DNA of 64,000 nt from Nitrosopumilus sp. (GCA_965204345.1 OZ241981.1:640001-704000), one strand, 5' to 3'. Positions 30,972-41,048 are shown, counted from the stretch's first letter. The notes: generated by a model not told the origin, from the letters alone. Numbers and translations are program-made.

Positions 30972-32675
30972 TTACGGATCAGATATCCTTCCCATAAACA
31001 AAATTGTACCACTCTCATCATCCTGAATTATAAACAAAAACGGATGATCTGCAATAAATTGTGGAGGTGGAGGAGGTTGACTGTATGGTGTACCAGTAGA
31101 GATAGTTGTTACGGCAGTCGCTTCTGTCCCTTCTTCATTTACGTCTATAAACGTGTCCTGCGCTGCAGCAGTCACGTATAGATTTTTTATAGAAATATCT
31201 GCAATTCCTCCAAGATCGGCATTATCTGAATCAAACACATCTGATATTCCAAGATTCATCAGTGGCCCGTTAAGATCATATCTTTCAGTTATTTGGAACT
31301 TTGGAATTGATACTAGAACTTCTTGTTGATTATACAAGTTCTGTGTCCATTGTCTAATCTGTTCATGTGATATAGAGTCCTCAACCTGTTTTAGGCCATC
31401 TGTATCGTCTGGCAGAATTACCAACATCGATAGCCTGTCGCCCTCATAGGGCATTTTTAGCATTCTAGCATCATCTAATAATCCAAAGTCGAATCTGCCT
31501 TGCACCGTCATAAAATCTACATCTACAGAATCCTCGCTATTCTTCCAAAAGGCGGACTCTGTGGTATCTTCCTCGGGGAACTGTGTTACCCATGTGCCCT
31601 TAAAGTATATGGCGTTGTTGATTACCATTGCAGTAAATTCGTCTACATCCGTTGGAGTGATTATTTTTTCAATCTTGCCGTTTGTGTTATCAGAGGCCCA
31701 CTGGTTTATCTTGTTTATGCCGTCATCTGCATCCAAAAAATCTACCTTTTCTGCGGTAGAGAGATATGTCTCTCGTGCCACAGAGATATAGGAATCATAA
31801 GATTCAAACCAGTCTGCAATCCAAAGTGCGTTTGCAGTATTCAGTTCTATGTGCGGATCATCTCGGTTTATCGAGGATATAAAATGTGACGTAGAGTTCT
31901 GACGCACATCTCTGTCTGGTTCAAATCCAAAGACATCCTGCATTTCTTGTGCAGTGTTTTCTCCGGCACCCTCATACAGTATTGAAAATGCCACATACAT
32001 GCTGACAGGTGAAAAGAATATGTTTTCATGATTGTCTGATATCTGTCTGTAAAAATCAATTGCAAACTTGTTGTTCGTAGATGTAATGCTGGTATTATCA
32101 AGTGGCTGCATCATTGTGATAGTATCCATATCAGTGTAATTTGCCTTGTATCTTTCCATCGCGTCGGCAACTTGTGCTGACGTGAAATTTGAGTGGTTTA
32201 AAATACGTTCTACATCATCCAATGGAAGACGTTTATTAAGAAGCCATTTAATTAAATCGTCATTAACTGTGCCAATCTCATTGACAACTATCTCGCCCAA
32301 AAGTCGCAGATGGTTAGCATATATTTCATCTACTCTTTCTTGCGTCAAAATCTCATCAATTATTTCATCTTTGGGTCTTGGTTCAATACCGAGTCTTTTA
32401 CCTTCTTCAAGTGTAAGATGTTCAGAACTAGAACCCATAGCTACAATAAGGTGATCCAAAAATGTGTATCCCTCATCCATATACTCATATCGGGATAGAG
32501 AATACTCATCAGATATTGCAAAGTTTACACCGCCACTAGGTTCTGCAGGATGAAATCTCAATGCGTCAATTTCGATAAATCCTTCTTTTAGAATTTCTAT
32601 AGTAATCAGCACGGTATAAGTCCTATCGGGCACTGGATCATTTACGACATATCCGACGTTATTATCAAATGGCAC
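30972..32675 (-). CDS. Serpin-domain protein (3' part of a frameshifted gene)
   Basis: NIFFSPVS, NAIYFKGTW, hinge EEGTEATAVT, FIADHPFLFII...ILFMGRISDP. Confidence 0.92.
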   Translation of the reverse strand: MPFDNNVGYVVNDPVPDRTYTVLITIEILKEGFIEIDALRFHPAEPSGGVNFAISDEYSLSRYEYMDEGYTFLDHLIVAMGSSSEHLTLEEGKRLGIEPRPKDEIIDEILTQERVDEIYANHLRLLGEIVVNEIGTVNDDLIKWLLNKRLPLDDVERILNHSNFTSAQVADAMERYKANYTDMDTITMMQPLDNTSITSTNNKFAIDFYRQISDNHENIFFSPVSMYVAFSILYEGAGENTAQEMQDVFGFEPDRDVRQNSTSHFISSINRDDPHIELNTANALWIADWFESYDSYISVARETYLSTAEKVDFLDADDGINKINQWASDNTNGKIEKIITPTDVDEFTAMVINNAIYFKGTWVTQFPEEDTTESAFWKNSEDSVDVDFMTVQGRFDFGLLDDARMLKMPYEGDRLSMLVILPDDTDGLKQVEDSISHEQIRQWTQNLYNQQEVLVSIPKFQITERYDLNGPLMNLGISDVFDSDNADLGGIADISIKNLYVTAAAQDTFIDVNEEGTEATAVTTISTGTPYSQPPPPPQFIADHPFLFIIQDDESGTILFMGRISDP

Positions 32676-32758
32676 AAATACGGTTGGATCATCAGAGCCA
32701 GCATTTGTTACGGCATCATCAAGAAACCGAACTTTGTCATCAGGATTAGAAAATACTT

Positions 32759-33274
32759 TTAGCGTAAATGGTTCATCGTATGGTTAATAGGTATATTATC
32801 AGTATAAACTCCGGTAAAATTCACCAATGCAGTCTGACCCACTTTGGGCCATATTGACAGTTCTGTAGAATAACTGTGTATAAGAGGTAGAAGTGGTTCT
32901 GATGACATTGAAACTTCTTTGTAATCAGCAATAATTTGTTTTTCTTCGTCAGTAAATACATGCGTGTCTGTCTGGCCTGTGATCTTTTCATTTAAAGGCT
33001 CATTGGCTTTGGGGGATGTTTCTGGCGGGTATATCGTGGCATAGCCCCTATCTGCTAATTGCATGGCAGAATCACTAGTTACGCAAACGGGCTTGCCTGC
33101 AGAAGTCACCATCAGAAGCTTGCCATCATTGCACTGAATCATATCTATTGGTATGCCTGCATGATACTGTTCCAGTGGCGAATCTTGGGATGCAGCATGT
33201 GCTGGTACTGCCACTCCCATTATCATCATCACTGTGGCCAAAACCAAAAATCCAGGCATTGCAATTCCAGCCAT
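32759..33274 (-). CDS. N-terminal part of the serpin gene (signal peptide + SPLxQ...C...C domain)
   Basis: Serpin frame stays open upstream to ~32783 and overlaps this ORF's end, so one frameshift joins them. Confidence 0.7.
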   Translation of the reverse strand: MAGIAMPGFLVLATVMMIMGVAVPAHAASQDSPLEQYHAGIPIDMIQCNDGKLLMVTSAGKPVCVTSDSAMQLADRGYATIYPPETSPKANEPLNEKITGQTDTHVFTDEEKQIIADYKEVSMSSEPLLPLIHSYSTELSIWPKVGQTALVNFTGVYTDNIPINHTMNHLR

Positions 33275-33337
33275 AGATAGTGTGAATATGCTTTGTTATT
33301 AAAAATGATCAAAAGAAATTCTGTCAAGTCAGGAGGA

Positions 33338-33490
33338 TTCTGATAAATTTTGTTTCATGCCATAAATCATATATTTAGAAATCTCTGAATTTCACTTTGA
33401 GATTTTTTTGATGATTAGATAATTTAAGATGATTATCTCTTGGCAATTTGTCGTTAAAGTATGGTGATCAATTCATCAAAATTTACCAAT
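33338..33490 (+). repeat. Repeat copy C (full length)
   Basis: TTCTGATAAATTTTG ... CAAAATTTACCAA. Confidence 0.88.
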
Positions 33491-33619
33491 CTTAAATTGA
33501 ACAGTGAAAACTCTATGTCATGTATTCTTAACAGTGCCTTTAAAACAGGCAAATGACACTAAGATTGAACAGTGTGGAAAAAAATGTTCCTTTATTAGCA
33601 AGTTGTAATTATTATTTTT

Positions 33620-33739
33620 ATGGCTGAAAAATCAACCAAAAAAACTCCTCCTAAATCATATTCTGATGTGATGAAAGGAAGTGTCGAGTCGACAGGTCCG
33701 GTCGGTGCAAAACCAAAAAATCCGCCTCCTGAGGAATAA
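33620..33739 (+). CDS. Possible 39-aa Pro/Lys-rich peptide
   Basis: Own translation MAEKSTKKTPPKSYSDVMKGSVESTGPVGAKPKNPPPEE. Confidence 0.35.
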   Translation: MAEKSTKKTPPKSYSDVMKGSVESTGPVGAKPKNPPPEE

Positions 33740-33997
33740 TAGATTTAATTATTTTATGTATGAAATTGACCATTCCTAGTAGACAAGTCTAACTAACTGT
33801 ACCATTTCAAGACGATATGTTTAATTTTCTTTCCACTTGATTGAGCAACCAATTGATGGATCAAAATCTTTTTTTAATTTTTTCTCCAACAATTAATTTT
33901 TCCATGTTGACAAATCATTGTTTTCTCGGTTGCTTGATCTTCTGGTTTCATAGCACTGTCTATTTTTTCATGAAAAACTAGCTGTTTTTGCGGTTAT

Positions 33998-34036
33998 ATT
34001 AAATTCCAGTGATCAGATCATCAAAATTTACCAGAA
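33998..34036 (+). repeat. Repeat copy D (right-end half copy)
   Basis: ATTAAATTCCAGTGATCAGATCATCAAAATTTACCAGAA. Confidence 0.85.
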
Positions 34037-34086
34037 CTGGTCATTGGTTCAAATTAATTAGAAGTACAACATGCAAAAGAATACGT

Positions 34087-34386
34087 TTAGAAACAAGATG
34101 AAATTGTTTTAATTCCTGCCCGGTTTAACTCATCTCTGAAAATTTTATCAGATATGCCTTTCTTCCCCAATCTTATTTTGAAGATTAAGTTAGGATCGAA
34201 ATATTTGCTGTATTTTTGCTTGTCTTTTTTGTAACCATCTGCAATAAGATCTAGTTTTTGTATCTCTGTCTGATAAAAATTCTTTGTATCTCTTTTGGCC
34301 TTTTCGTATCCAAATTTTGCAATCCTTTTCTTTCGCATAAAACTCTCAGATTCTGGAAGAGTAAGATGTGGGAATTTTTCTGCCAT
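34087..34386 (-). pseudogene. Truncated N-terminus of the S8-peptidase partner of the AAA ATPase (IetS-like)
   Basis: Coupled to ATPase stop; N-terminus resembles those of AAA-associated S8 peptidases; ends 50 bp before repeat D with no catalytic domain. Confidence 0.5.
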
Positions 34387-35288
34387 TAATCTTCATTTGA
34401 GATTGTCTTCTTGCGGCGTTTTTGTTCTGAAATTGCCCACATTATATGATCCCGTGAAACAGTCTTGTTGTTATTAATTATGCTTTTCTTAAGTGCATCC
34501 TCACAAATCTGTGCAATGTTTGCAGCAGAAAATCCTTTTGTTCTTCGAGCAAGCTCATCTAGAGTAAAATTATCTTCTCTTCGCAATACTCTTAGATATT
34601 TTCTAAACAGCTGCTTTCTCTTGGAGTTATCAGGCAAGTCAAAGTAGATAATATCATCAAATCTCCTCCAAACAGCCTTGTCTAGCAGGTGCTGATGGTT
34701 AGTTGCAGCCAGAATTATACTGGAGCCTTTGTAATTATCTAGCATCTGTATGAAATTATTTACGACTCTTTTAATTTCTCCATGTTCGTGAGGATCGTCG
34801 CGTTTTTTTCCAACAATATCAAATTCGTCAAAGAGAACAACAAATTTGCCGGTTTCAATGAAATCAAAAATTTTTCTTAGGTTTGTTGCCGTTTCACCAA
34901 GATAGGATGATAAAATAGAATCAAACATGACATACACAAAAGGGTAACCCATAGTACTGCCGATTATTTTTGCGCTAAGTGTTTTTCCCGTTCCAGGAGG
35001 ACCACAAAATAAAATTGTATTTTTTGGTTTCAACCCATATGAAAGTAATTTTTTGGCAGACCTGTTTTCGGTTATTATGTGACCCAGTCTTTCTTTTGTT
35101 TCCTTTGTCACAATCAAATCTTCAAAGTTAGAATACTGTTCATTAACATGCAATAGTGGAAATCCTTTTTCTGTATCTTTAGGGATTTTCAGTATGGAAT
35201 TATCAATAGAGTTCTTGTCTTTAAGAATGCGCAGCTTATGCTCGTTTTGTTCTTTAGCAAGATCATCCAAATTACTCATGGCAAGCAC
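34386..35288 (-). CDS. AAA+ ATPase (IetA-like)
   Basis: GPPGTGKT, SSYLGET, LFDEFD, GEIKRVVN, AATNH..LLDKAVWRRFD. Confidence 0.88.
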   Translation of the reverse strand: MLAMSNLDDLAKEQNEHKLRILKDKNSIDNSILKIPKDTEKGFPLLHVNEQYSNFEDLIVTKETKERLGHIITENRSAKKLLSYGLKPKNTILFCGPPGTGKTLSAKIIGSTMGYPFVYVMFDSILSSYLGETATNLRKIFDFIETGKFVVLFDEFDIVGKKRDDPHEHGEIKRVVNNFIQMLDNYKGSSIILAATNHQHLLDKAVWRRFDDIIYFDLPDNSKRKQLFRKYLRVLRREDNFTLDELARRTKGFSAANIAQICEDALKKSIINNNKTVSRDHIMWAISEQKRRKKTISNED

Positions 35289-35476
35289 AATCCATGTTCA
35301 TATTGTTATATTCGTTTCAATGTTTTAAGAAGTTTAAGATTGGTTTAATGTTTACAAGAGACCTATTTTTTCTCCTTTGAGGATATCAATGCCTCAAAGC
35401 CAAGTAAATCCATGACAAATGTAATTGGTTTTGTAAATGAGAGAAAAAGATGCACAAACTGGATACAGTACATATG

Positions 35477-35629
35477 TTCTGATAAATTTTGGTATTCCAT
35501 GCCATAAATTACAAATCTAAGTCTCTGAACTGCATTTTGGGATTTTTTGATGATTAGATATCTAAGAAAATAATCTCTTGGCAATTTGCTGCTAAATTCC
35601 AGCAATCTGATCATCAGAATTTACCAGAA
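35477..35629 (+). repeat. Repeat copy E (full length)
   Basis: TTCTGATAAATTTTG ... CAGAATTTACCAGAA, 13/15 terminal inverted match. Confidence 0.9.
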
Positions 35630-35737
35630 TCTCATAACCCGTCTTTATATCTGTCATAGGATATGTTTGATTTCTTTAGTTTGTAGGATAATTTCTAGAA
35701 ACCTTGGGTTGCAATGTCATTGATGTTTGATAAAAAT

Positions 35738-35965
35738 TCAATCATTTTGTGACTTGGATTTTATTCTTCTTATTATAACAACCAATAAACAAAACACGGC
35801 TTCTGAAATTAAAAGTAACATAAAATAACCCTCATTTTCATTCCAACAATTTCTAGGGATGTCTGAATAATTAGGGAAAGGATAACACCAAGAGGGCATA
35901 ATGATAAAAAATAGCAGTAAAAAATAAAATACAATTCCTGTAATTATTATACTGAAAAATATCAT
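35738..35965 (-). CDS. Small two-TM protein
   Basis: Two hydrophobic helices with a Cys pair in the loop. Confidence 0.5.
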   Translation of the reverse strand: MIFFSIIITGIVFYFLLLFFIIMPSWCYPFPNYSDIPRNCWNENEGYFMLLLISEAVFCLLVVIIRRIKSKSQND

Positions 35966-35991
35966 AATCCTAAAAAAATAGCAAATAGGAA

Positions 35992-36756
35992 TTAATTAAT
36001 TCCAAGTTCCTCTGCAATACCAAACCATGGACTGAATATCTTAAAGAGCTTATAACAATTACCATATGCATCCGTGAGATGTAAATGAAGAGATCCAGCA
36101 TCAATAATACACGAACTTCCAACGACAGTTCCTAACATGGTAGCAGTGCCATTGCCATGATTTTTGAATATAGGGCCGCCACTATCTCCACGTTGAGATG
36201 GATACGTAGCTGCAATTTGTTCAACAACCACATAATCACCGATGGAAGTGGTAACATTACTATACGTTATGTTACCAATGCCGTTACTATGTCTGGCCGA
36301 TACTTCGACTTCAGTACCACGGGCATAATCACCCCTTCCACCAAATCCAATAACTGAAAGTATACCATTATTGGTTTGAATCTCGTGGATTCGTGGAATT
36401 AATTCTTTATTGGTAATTTCCACCAAAGCAGCATCAGATTTTGTTCGTAAACCCCCTCCAACATCGGAATTCGCCAAAATAGTAGTGGTGCCGATCTCAG
36501 ACAAAACAAAACCTAATGGATCAATATCAAGATCAAGTACACGATGTCCATTGATGGATTTGTTTCTTTTTGCAGCTACTGTTTTGAGAACGCATGACAT
36601 AGCCCCCCACATCATCTCACTTGCTTTATGATAGTCTTTTTCTTTTAGATATTTTTCTGCATTATGACTATAGTGCAAGACCATCCCTGCATATTTGTCT
36701 GGCTCATTATCTGCTGCGTCTATTTGGCAGACATTAGTCATCATCATCTTCCTCAA
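35992..36756 (-). pseudogene. Chimera: PaREP1/HEPN-like N-terminus fused to trypsin-like protease C-terminus
   Basis: AEKYLKEKDYHKASEMMWGA...AAKR..GHR then SDAALVEI...GDSGGPIF; no catalytic His segment. Confidence 0.65.
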
Positions 36757-36961
36757 TTTCTACATCATTATATCCTGTTATTTTACCTGAATTTGCATTA
36801 ACCTTCACTTCTTTGAGTTGTTGACTCAAAAACCCCACATCAAAAACAAGGTGCCATGTTCCATTTTCCATTTCTGATGATTTTAGATTAATTGTGCTAT
36901 TGTGCCCCTCAAGAAATTCTTCTGCTTTTTCTATTGCATCTTCCATGTCGTATTCGGCCAT
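36734..36961 (-). CDS. PepSY-like small acidic protein
   Basis: EDAIEKAEEFL...WHLVFD...EVKVNANSGKI. Confidence 0.7.
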   Translation of the reverse strand: MAEYDMEDAIEKAEEFLEGHNSTINLKSSEMENGTWHLVFDVGFLSQQLKEVKVNANSGKITGYNDVEIEEDDDD

Positions 36962-37094
36962 GGATTAAATGATCAATAGTTGCATTAATTCTTTATCTAG
37001 TTGGAATCTTTTTATGTTTTCATAGCTTTTGCACTGGGAACTTGGAGAGGGTCTTAGCTGATTTCTGAAAAATCGATTGACTGCAAAGATTGGG

Positions 37095-37250
37095 TTCTGG
37101 TAAATTTTGGCCGTCATGCAATAAATCACATATTTAGGAATATCTGAATTGTATTTTTTTGAGATTTATTTGAAGATTAGATATTTTAAGAAAATCATCT
37201 CTTGCAACTTACTATTACATTTCAGTGATCAATTCATCAAAATTTACCAA
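37095..37250 (+). repeat. Repeat copy F (full length)
   Basis: TTCTGGTAAATTTTG ... CAAAATTTACCAA. Confidence 0.9.
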
Positions 37251-37323
37251 CCCCAACTTGAACAGCGTAAAGAATTTGATCTATAATCTGTTATCTTGAC
37301 AGGACCGCACTATTACTCTGAAA

Positions 37324-37713
37324 TTAATATAACCCAACATATTCTACATCAGGTATCTTTTTTGCAATGTCTGAAGCCTGTCGTGAACTAACATTGGGAC
37401 AAGTAAAATCTAAGTCATAATCAGTACGTTCCCCTTTCCCAACATTTAGAGTAAATTGATAAACATTAAGACACCCTGCCAACTGCAATTCTTTTCTAAG
37501 GGCATCAATAACCTCAGTATCAAAATTATTACGTTTTATATGAAATTTGTGTTCATAAGGCACTTCTCCAGGGGTTGGTGATTTGTTTTGTTCTTCAAAA
37601 CTATCTAAGACTAATAGAATTGCAGGAATCGTAAAAGATGCTATCAATAAAACCATAATGAGCGGGGGTATCACATCATAGACCCAGTCTGGTTTGTATA
37701 TCATTCCAAACAC
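37324..37713 (-). CDS. Membrane-anchored hypothetical protein
   Basis: N-terminal TM; sole intact ORF between repeats F and G. Confidence 0.6.
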   Translation of the reverse strand: MFGMIYKPDWVYDVIPPLIMVLLIASFTIPAILLVLDSFEEQNKSPTPGEVPYEHKFHIKRNNFDTEVIDALRKELQLAGCLNVYQFTLNVGKGERTDYDLDFTCPNVSSRQASDIAKKIPDVEYVGLY

Positions 37714-37756
37714 TTGACCATTAAGATTTTCCCAAGCGCTAAGACTTGTAATAACA

Positions 37757-37859
37757 TTCCATTTTCTATTTCTGAAGATTTTAGATTAATTGTGCTATGG
37801 TGTCCCTCAAGAAATTCTTCTGCTTTTTCTATTGCATCTTCCATGTCGTATTCGGCCAT
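37757..37859 (-). pseudogene. Truncated duplicate of the PepSY-like gene 5' half
   Basis: Near-identical to 36859-36961. Confidence 0.8.
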
Positions 37860-37991
37860 GGATTAAATGATCAATAGTTGCATTAATTCTTTATCTAGTT
37901 GGAATCTTTTTATGTTTTCATAGCTTTTGCACTGGGAACTTGAGGGTGTTTTAGCTGATTTCTGAAAATTCGATTGACTTGAAATGTAGGG

Positions 37992-38145
37992 TTCTGGTAA
38001 ATTTTGGCCGTCATGCAATAAATCACAGACTTGGTAGTATCTGAACTGCACTTTGAGTTTTTTTGATGATTAGATTTTTTTAAGAAAATCATCTCTGAGA
38101 ATTTGCTGTTAAATACCAGTGATCAGGTAATCAAAATTTGCCAAA
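37992..38145 (+). repeat. Repeat copy G (full length)
   Basis: TTCTGGTAAATTTTG ... CAAAATTTGCCAAA. Confidence 0.9.
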
Positions 38146-38451
38146 CTCTGTGTGTTGACTGCCAAAAGAAGAAGAGCAAGCATTAGTTTCACCCTTTTAA
38201 TGCAATTTTATACTATGTCATTATCATGTCAGAAGACAAAAAAACTCCACACAAGAATGGTGGTTTGGATACTTTTGGCTGTGGATAATCACGGGCATCA
38301 TTTGCTATGTACTGCACAATGACACAAATCCGCAATGAGTCACCTCATACACTCAAGAGGGTTTCCAATAGGCATGGATAACAATCTGGGTGACACTTGT
38401 GATGATCTCAGGCGATGCGATATCTGACTGGTAGTAGCAGTTCTGTGGTTT

Positions 38452-38491
38452 CTGTTAAACTCTGGTGATTAGATCATCAAAATTTGCCAAA
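38452..38491 (+). repeat. Repeat copy H (right-end half copy)
   Basis: CTGTTAAACTCTGGTGATTAGATCATCAAAATTTGCCAAA. Confidence 0.82.
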
Positions 38492-38632
38492 ACCAACAAT
38501 TCCCAACCTTTAAAAAATAAAAAGTGATATCATCATTACGGTTCCGTTAGACTATTCTAACTATGAGACTCAAAAGAGAGCTCAGGAATCACCAGAACCC
38601 TGTTTTGTTTATTGAATTAGTATATGATTGAA

Positions 38633-39568
38633 TTATTTTGTAACTATCGGCAATGACTTGACAAATGCTTTTCCCAAATGATTTTCAATAATTTTCAATA
38701 CTCCTGCATGAAATGTAATAGTTGTTGCATGATATACAGATAAAACTAAATCTTGGAAAGTTTGATCATCTTCCAAATCCTCTATAACCAGATTGAATAC
38801 ATCCCTCGCTGTATTTCTTTGCACATGTCGTGAGTGACTTTGAAACAAATCATGTTCTGCCATGCTTTTGGAAATAACCTTGATTTCTTCATCAGTTTTT
38901 ATACCTTTTAGCATCCATGACGATAACCAAGTTTTCACCAATGTTTCTGAAAGTTCTCTTGCTCTTTTACAATGTGTGAGTAATCCGGGACTGTATTGTT
39001 CCAATATTGGCATCCATGCACCTAATTTTTCAGGCTCATTTTTAGAAATTGTCTCTGCCTTTTTGAATTCATCCACAATGTCTTGTGCAGGCATCATACG
39101 AACTCCAAATTTCGTTTGAATAAATATTTGCGGATCAATTGGGCCTAATGAAGATTGTTTCCCCATAACAATTCTATTTGATGCACATGCAATCATAGTT
39201 GCGGCAGACATTGCAGCTTGAGGTATAATCACTCTAATATCTGAGAATTTCTCTCTAAGATACAAAATTATTGCTTCGGCTGCTTCAGGCGAACCACCTG
39301 GACTGTGTAAAATTAAATCTAGTTCTTCGCCTTGCAAACAATGAACCGTTTCCATAAATCCTTGTAAATCCTCGTCTGAAATTGAGAGGACTTCTGGATC
39401 TGCATTTGGTACACTTTGAGTCCAATTTGTAGCATAGATAATGGTATTGCGGTTTGTATGATGTTGTAATTTTAAAAGATATTTTCTTCTAATACCATCG
39501 AAATCAGGAGAACCATTGCCAACAATTGATTCTTCGACTTCTTTTATTATACTATCTCAAGTTGACAT
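38633..39568 (-). pseudogene. SDH-family Clp-fold serine protease with TGA at codon 4
   Basis: LILHSPGG, AMSAATMIA, LGPIDPQ; frame open upstream of the listed ORF to ATG 39568 except TGA at 39557-39559. Confidence 0.8.
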
Positions 39569-39580
39569 ATGTTAATGAGC

Positions 39581-39763
39581 CTAATCATATGTATTACTTG
39601 AAGTTGTCGTCTGTCTGTATCTTGTAATTTTATGTTGTGATTTTTGATATTTATGAAGGTGCGCTTGTATGTTTCTGACAGTTTCAACACCTGCTCTTTC
39701 TTTGGCTTTTTGCAGAATCTCTTCAAATTTTTCATCTGTTTCATTCATACTCATTTTAAACAA
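39581..39763 (-). CDS. Small hypothetical protein upstream of the Clp-fold protease
   Basis: 60-aa ORF ending 12 bp before the protease start. Confidence 0.45.
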   Translation of the reverse strand: MFKMSMNETDEKFEEILQKAKERAGVETVRNIQAHLHKYQKSQHKITRYRQTTTSSNTYD

Positions 39764-39863
39764 TTCTCACTCAAAAAATTAGTGTAAAAACCTTTCCAAT
39801 AAAAAACTGAAAAAATGTTGGGTTTTTTAACTCTGATCAAGCAATGTTCTATAAGATTTGGTG

Positions 39864-40022
39864 CTCTGGCGCATTTCGGTGATCTATCCATGCCATAAAT
39901 CACAAATTTAGTAATCTCTGAATTGCATTATGAGATTTTTTGATGACTAGGTAATTTAAGAAAATTATCTCTGAGAATTTGCTGTCAAACGCCAGTGATC
40001 AATTCATCAAAATTTGCCAAAC
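39864..40022 (+). repeat. Repeat copy I (full length, degenerate left end)
   Basis: CCATGCCATAAATCACAAAT ... CATCAAAATTTGCCAAAC. Confidence 0.88.
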
Positions 40023-40601
40023 CCTGTGTGTTGACTGCCAAAAGAAGAAGAGCAAGCATTAGTTTTAGCCCTTTTAATGCAATTTTATACTATGTCATTA
40101 TCATGTCAGAAGACAAAAAAACTCCACACAAGATAATGGTGGTTTGGACACTTTTGGCTGGGGATAGTCCCGAGCATCATTTGCTATGTATTGTACAAGG
40201 ACACAAATCTAGGCTGCAAGGAGTCACCTCATACACTCGATATGGTTTCCAATAGTGACATTGATGGTAATCTACATAGTTTTCATAATAATGCTAGGCG
40301 ATGTGATATCAGACACGTCTGAGTGGTAGTAGCAATTATGCCAGAAAGATTCTCTGGATCATGAATCTTGCAATTATAGAATGATTATTTAGAGAATTCT
40401 AAGGGATTGTTCTAGTCTTAAAAATTGTTCTGGAGTAGTTGATTTATTTGGAAAAGTTATAATTTTATTTTCTTCAGACATAAAATATCCTCTTCAATTA
40501 ATTACATTAGTATTGCTGATACTGGCATCGCCATTTTGAATAAATTCGAGTCTTATTTGTATATGGAATTGTTTGAGTCTACTTCAGGATATTTTACTCC
40601 T

Positions 40602-41048
40602 TCATCCATGACGATAAAGATTTTTACTATTTTTTCTTGCAAGCACAATATTCAGAAAAAGTGAATCCAACAAAGATTGATATGATAGATTTTGAATAAG
40701 AAAAAATTTCATGTTTTGAACGGATTTATAATCTTCTGAGAATCTGTATTCTGTTTTGAATTGCTCAGGATAGATTTCATCAAATGTTCCCATTGTAAAT
40801 TCAATTTCTTCCTTTGATAGTTTTTTCAAAGCCTGTTGAATTTTTGGAGTGGTCACAATTATACATGTCACCCTGATGCAATCTATATTTTTAAATTTCT
40901 CAATGGCAAAACTGCACAGATCAGTATTAAATGGATGCACCATGATTGAAAACCCTATTGCATCATCCTCTAATTTTCTTTCTTTGCATGGCAAGAATTG
41001 ACTGATCATTTTTATGATTCGTTCTTGTAAAACTCCATGCTTGACCAT
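40602..41048 (-). CDS. Hypothetical protein
   Basis: 148-aa ATG ORF. Confidence 0.55.
   Translation of the reverse strand: MVKHGVLQERIIKMISQFLPCKERKLEDDAIGFSIMVHPFNTDLCSFAIEKFKNIDCIRVTCIIVTTPKIQQALKKLSKEEIEFTMGTFDEIYPEQFKTEYRFSEDYKSVQNMKFFLIQNLSYQSLLDSLFLNIVLARKNSKNLYRHG

Noticed and set aside
35363-35614. ORFs overlapping repeat copies (also 37863-38092 and 39995-40255)
   Set aside because: Frames run through the repeat and are not preserved among copies.
39557-39559. Selenocysteine or recoded TGA
   Set aside because: Position appears to correspond to Trp, no SECIS recognised, and TGA is used as a normal stop elsewhere in the window.
33338-40022. Canonical integron attC sites
   Set aside because: No RYYYAAC...GTTRRRY terminal geometry; GTT is not conserved in all copies; no intI; several modules carry multiple genes.
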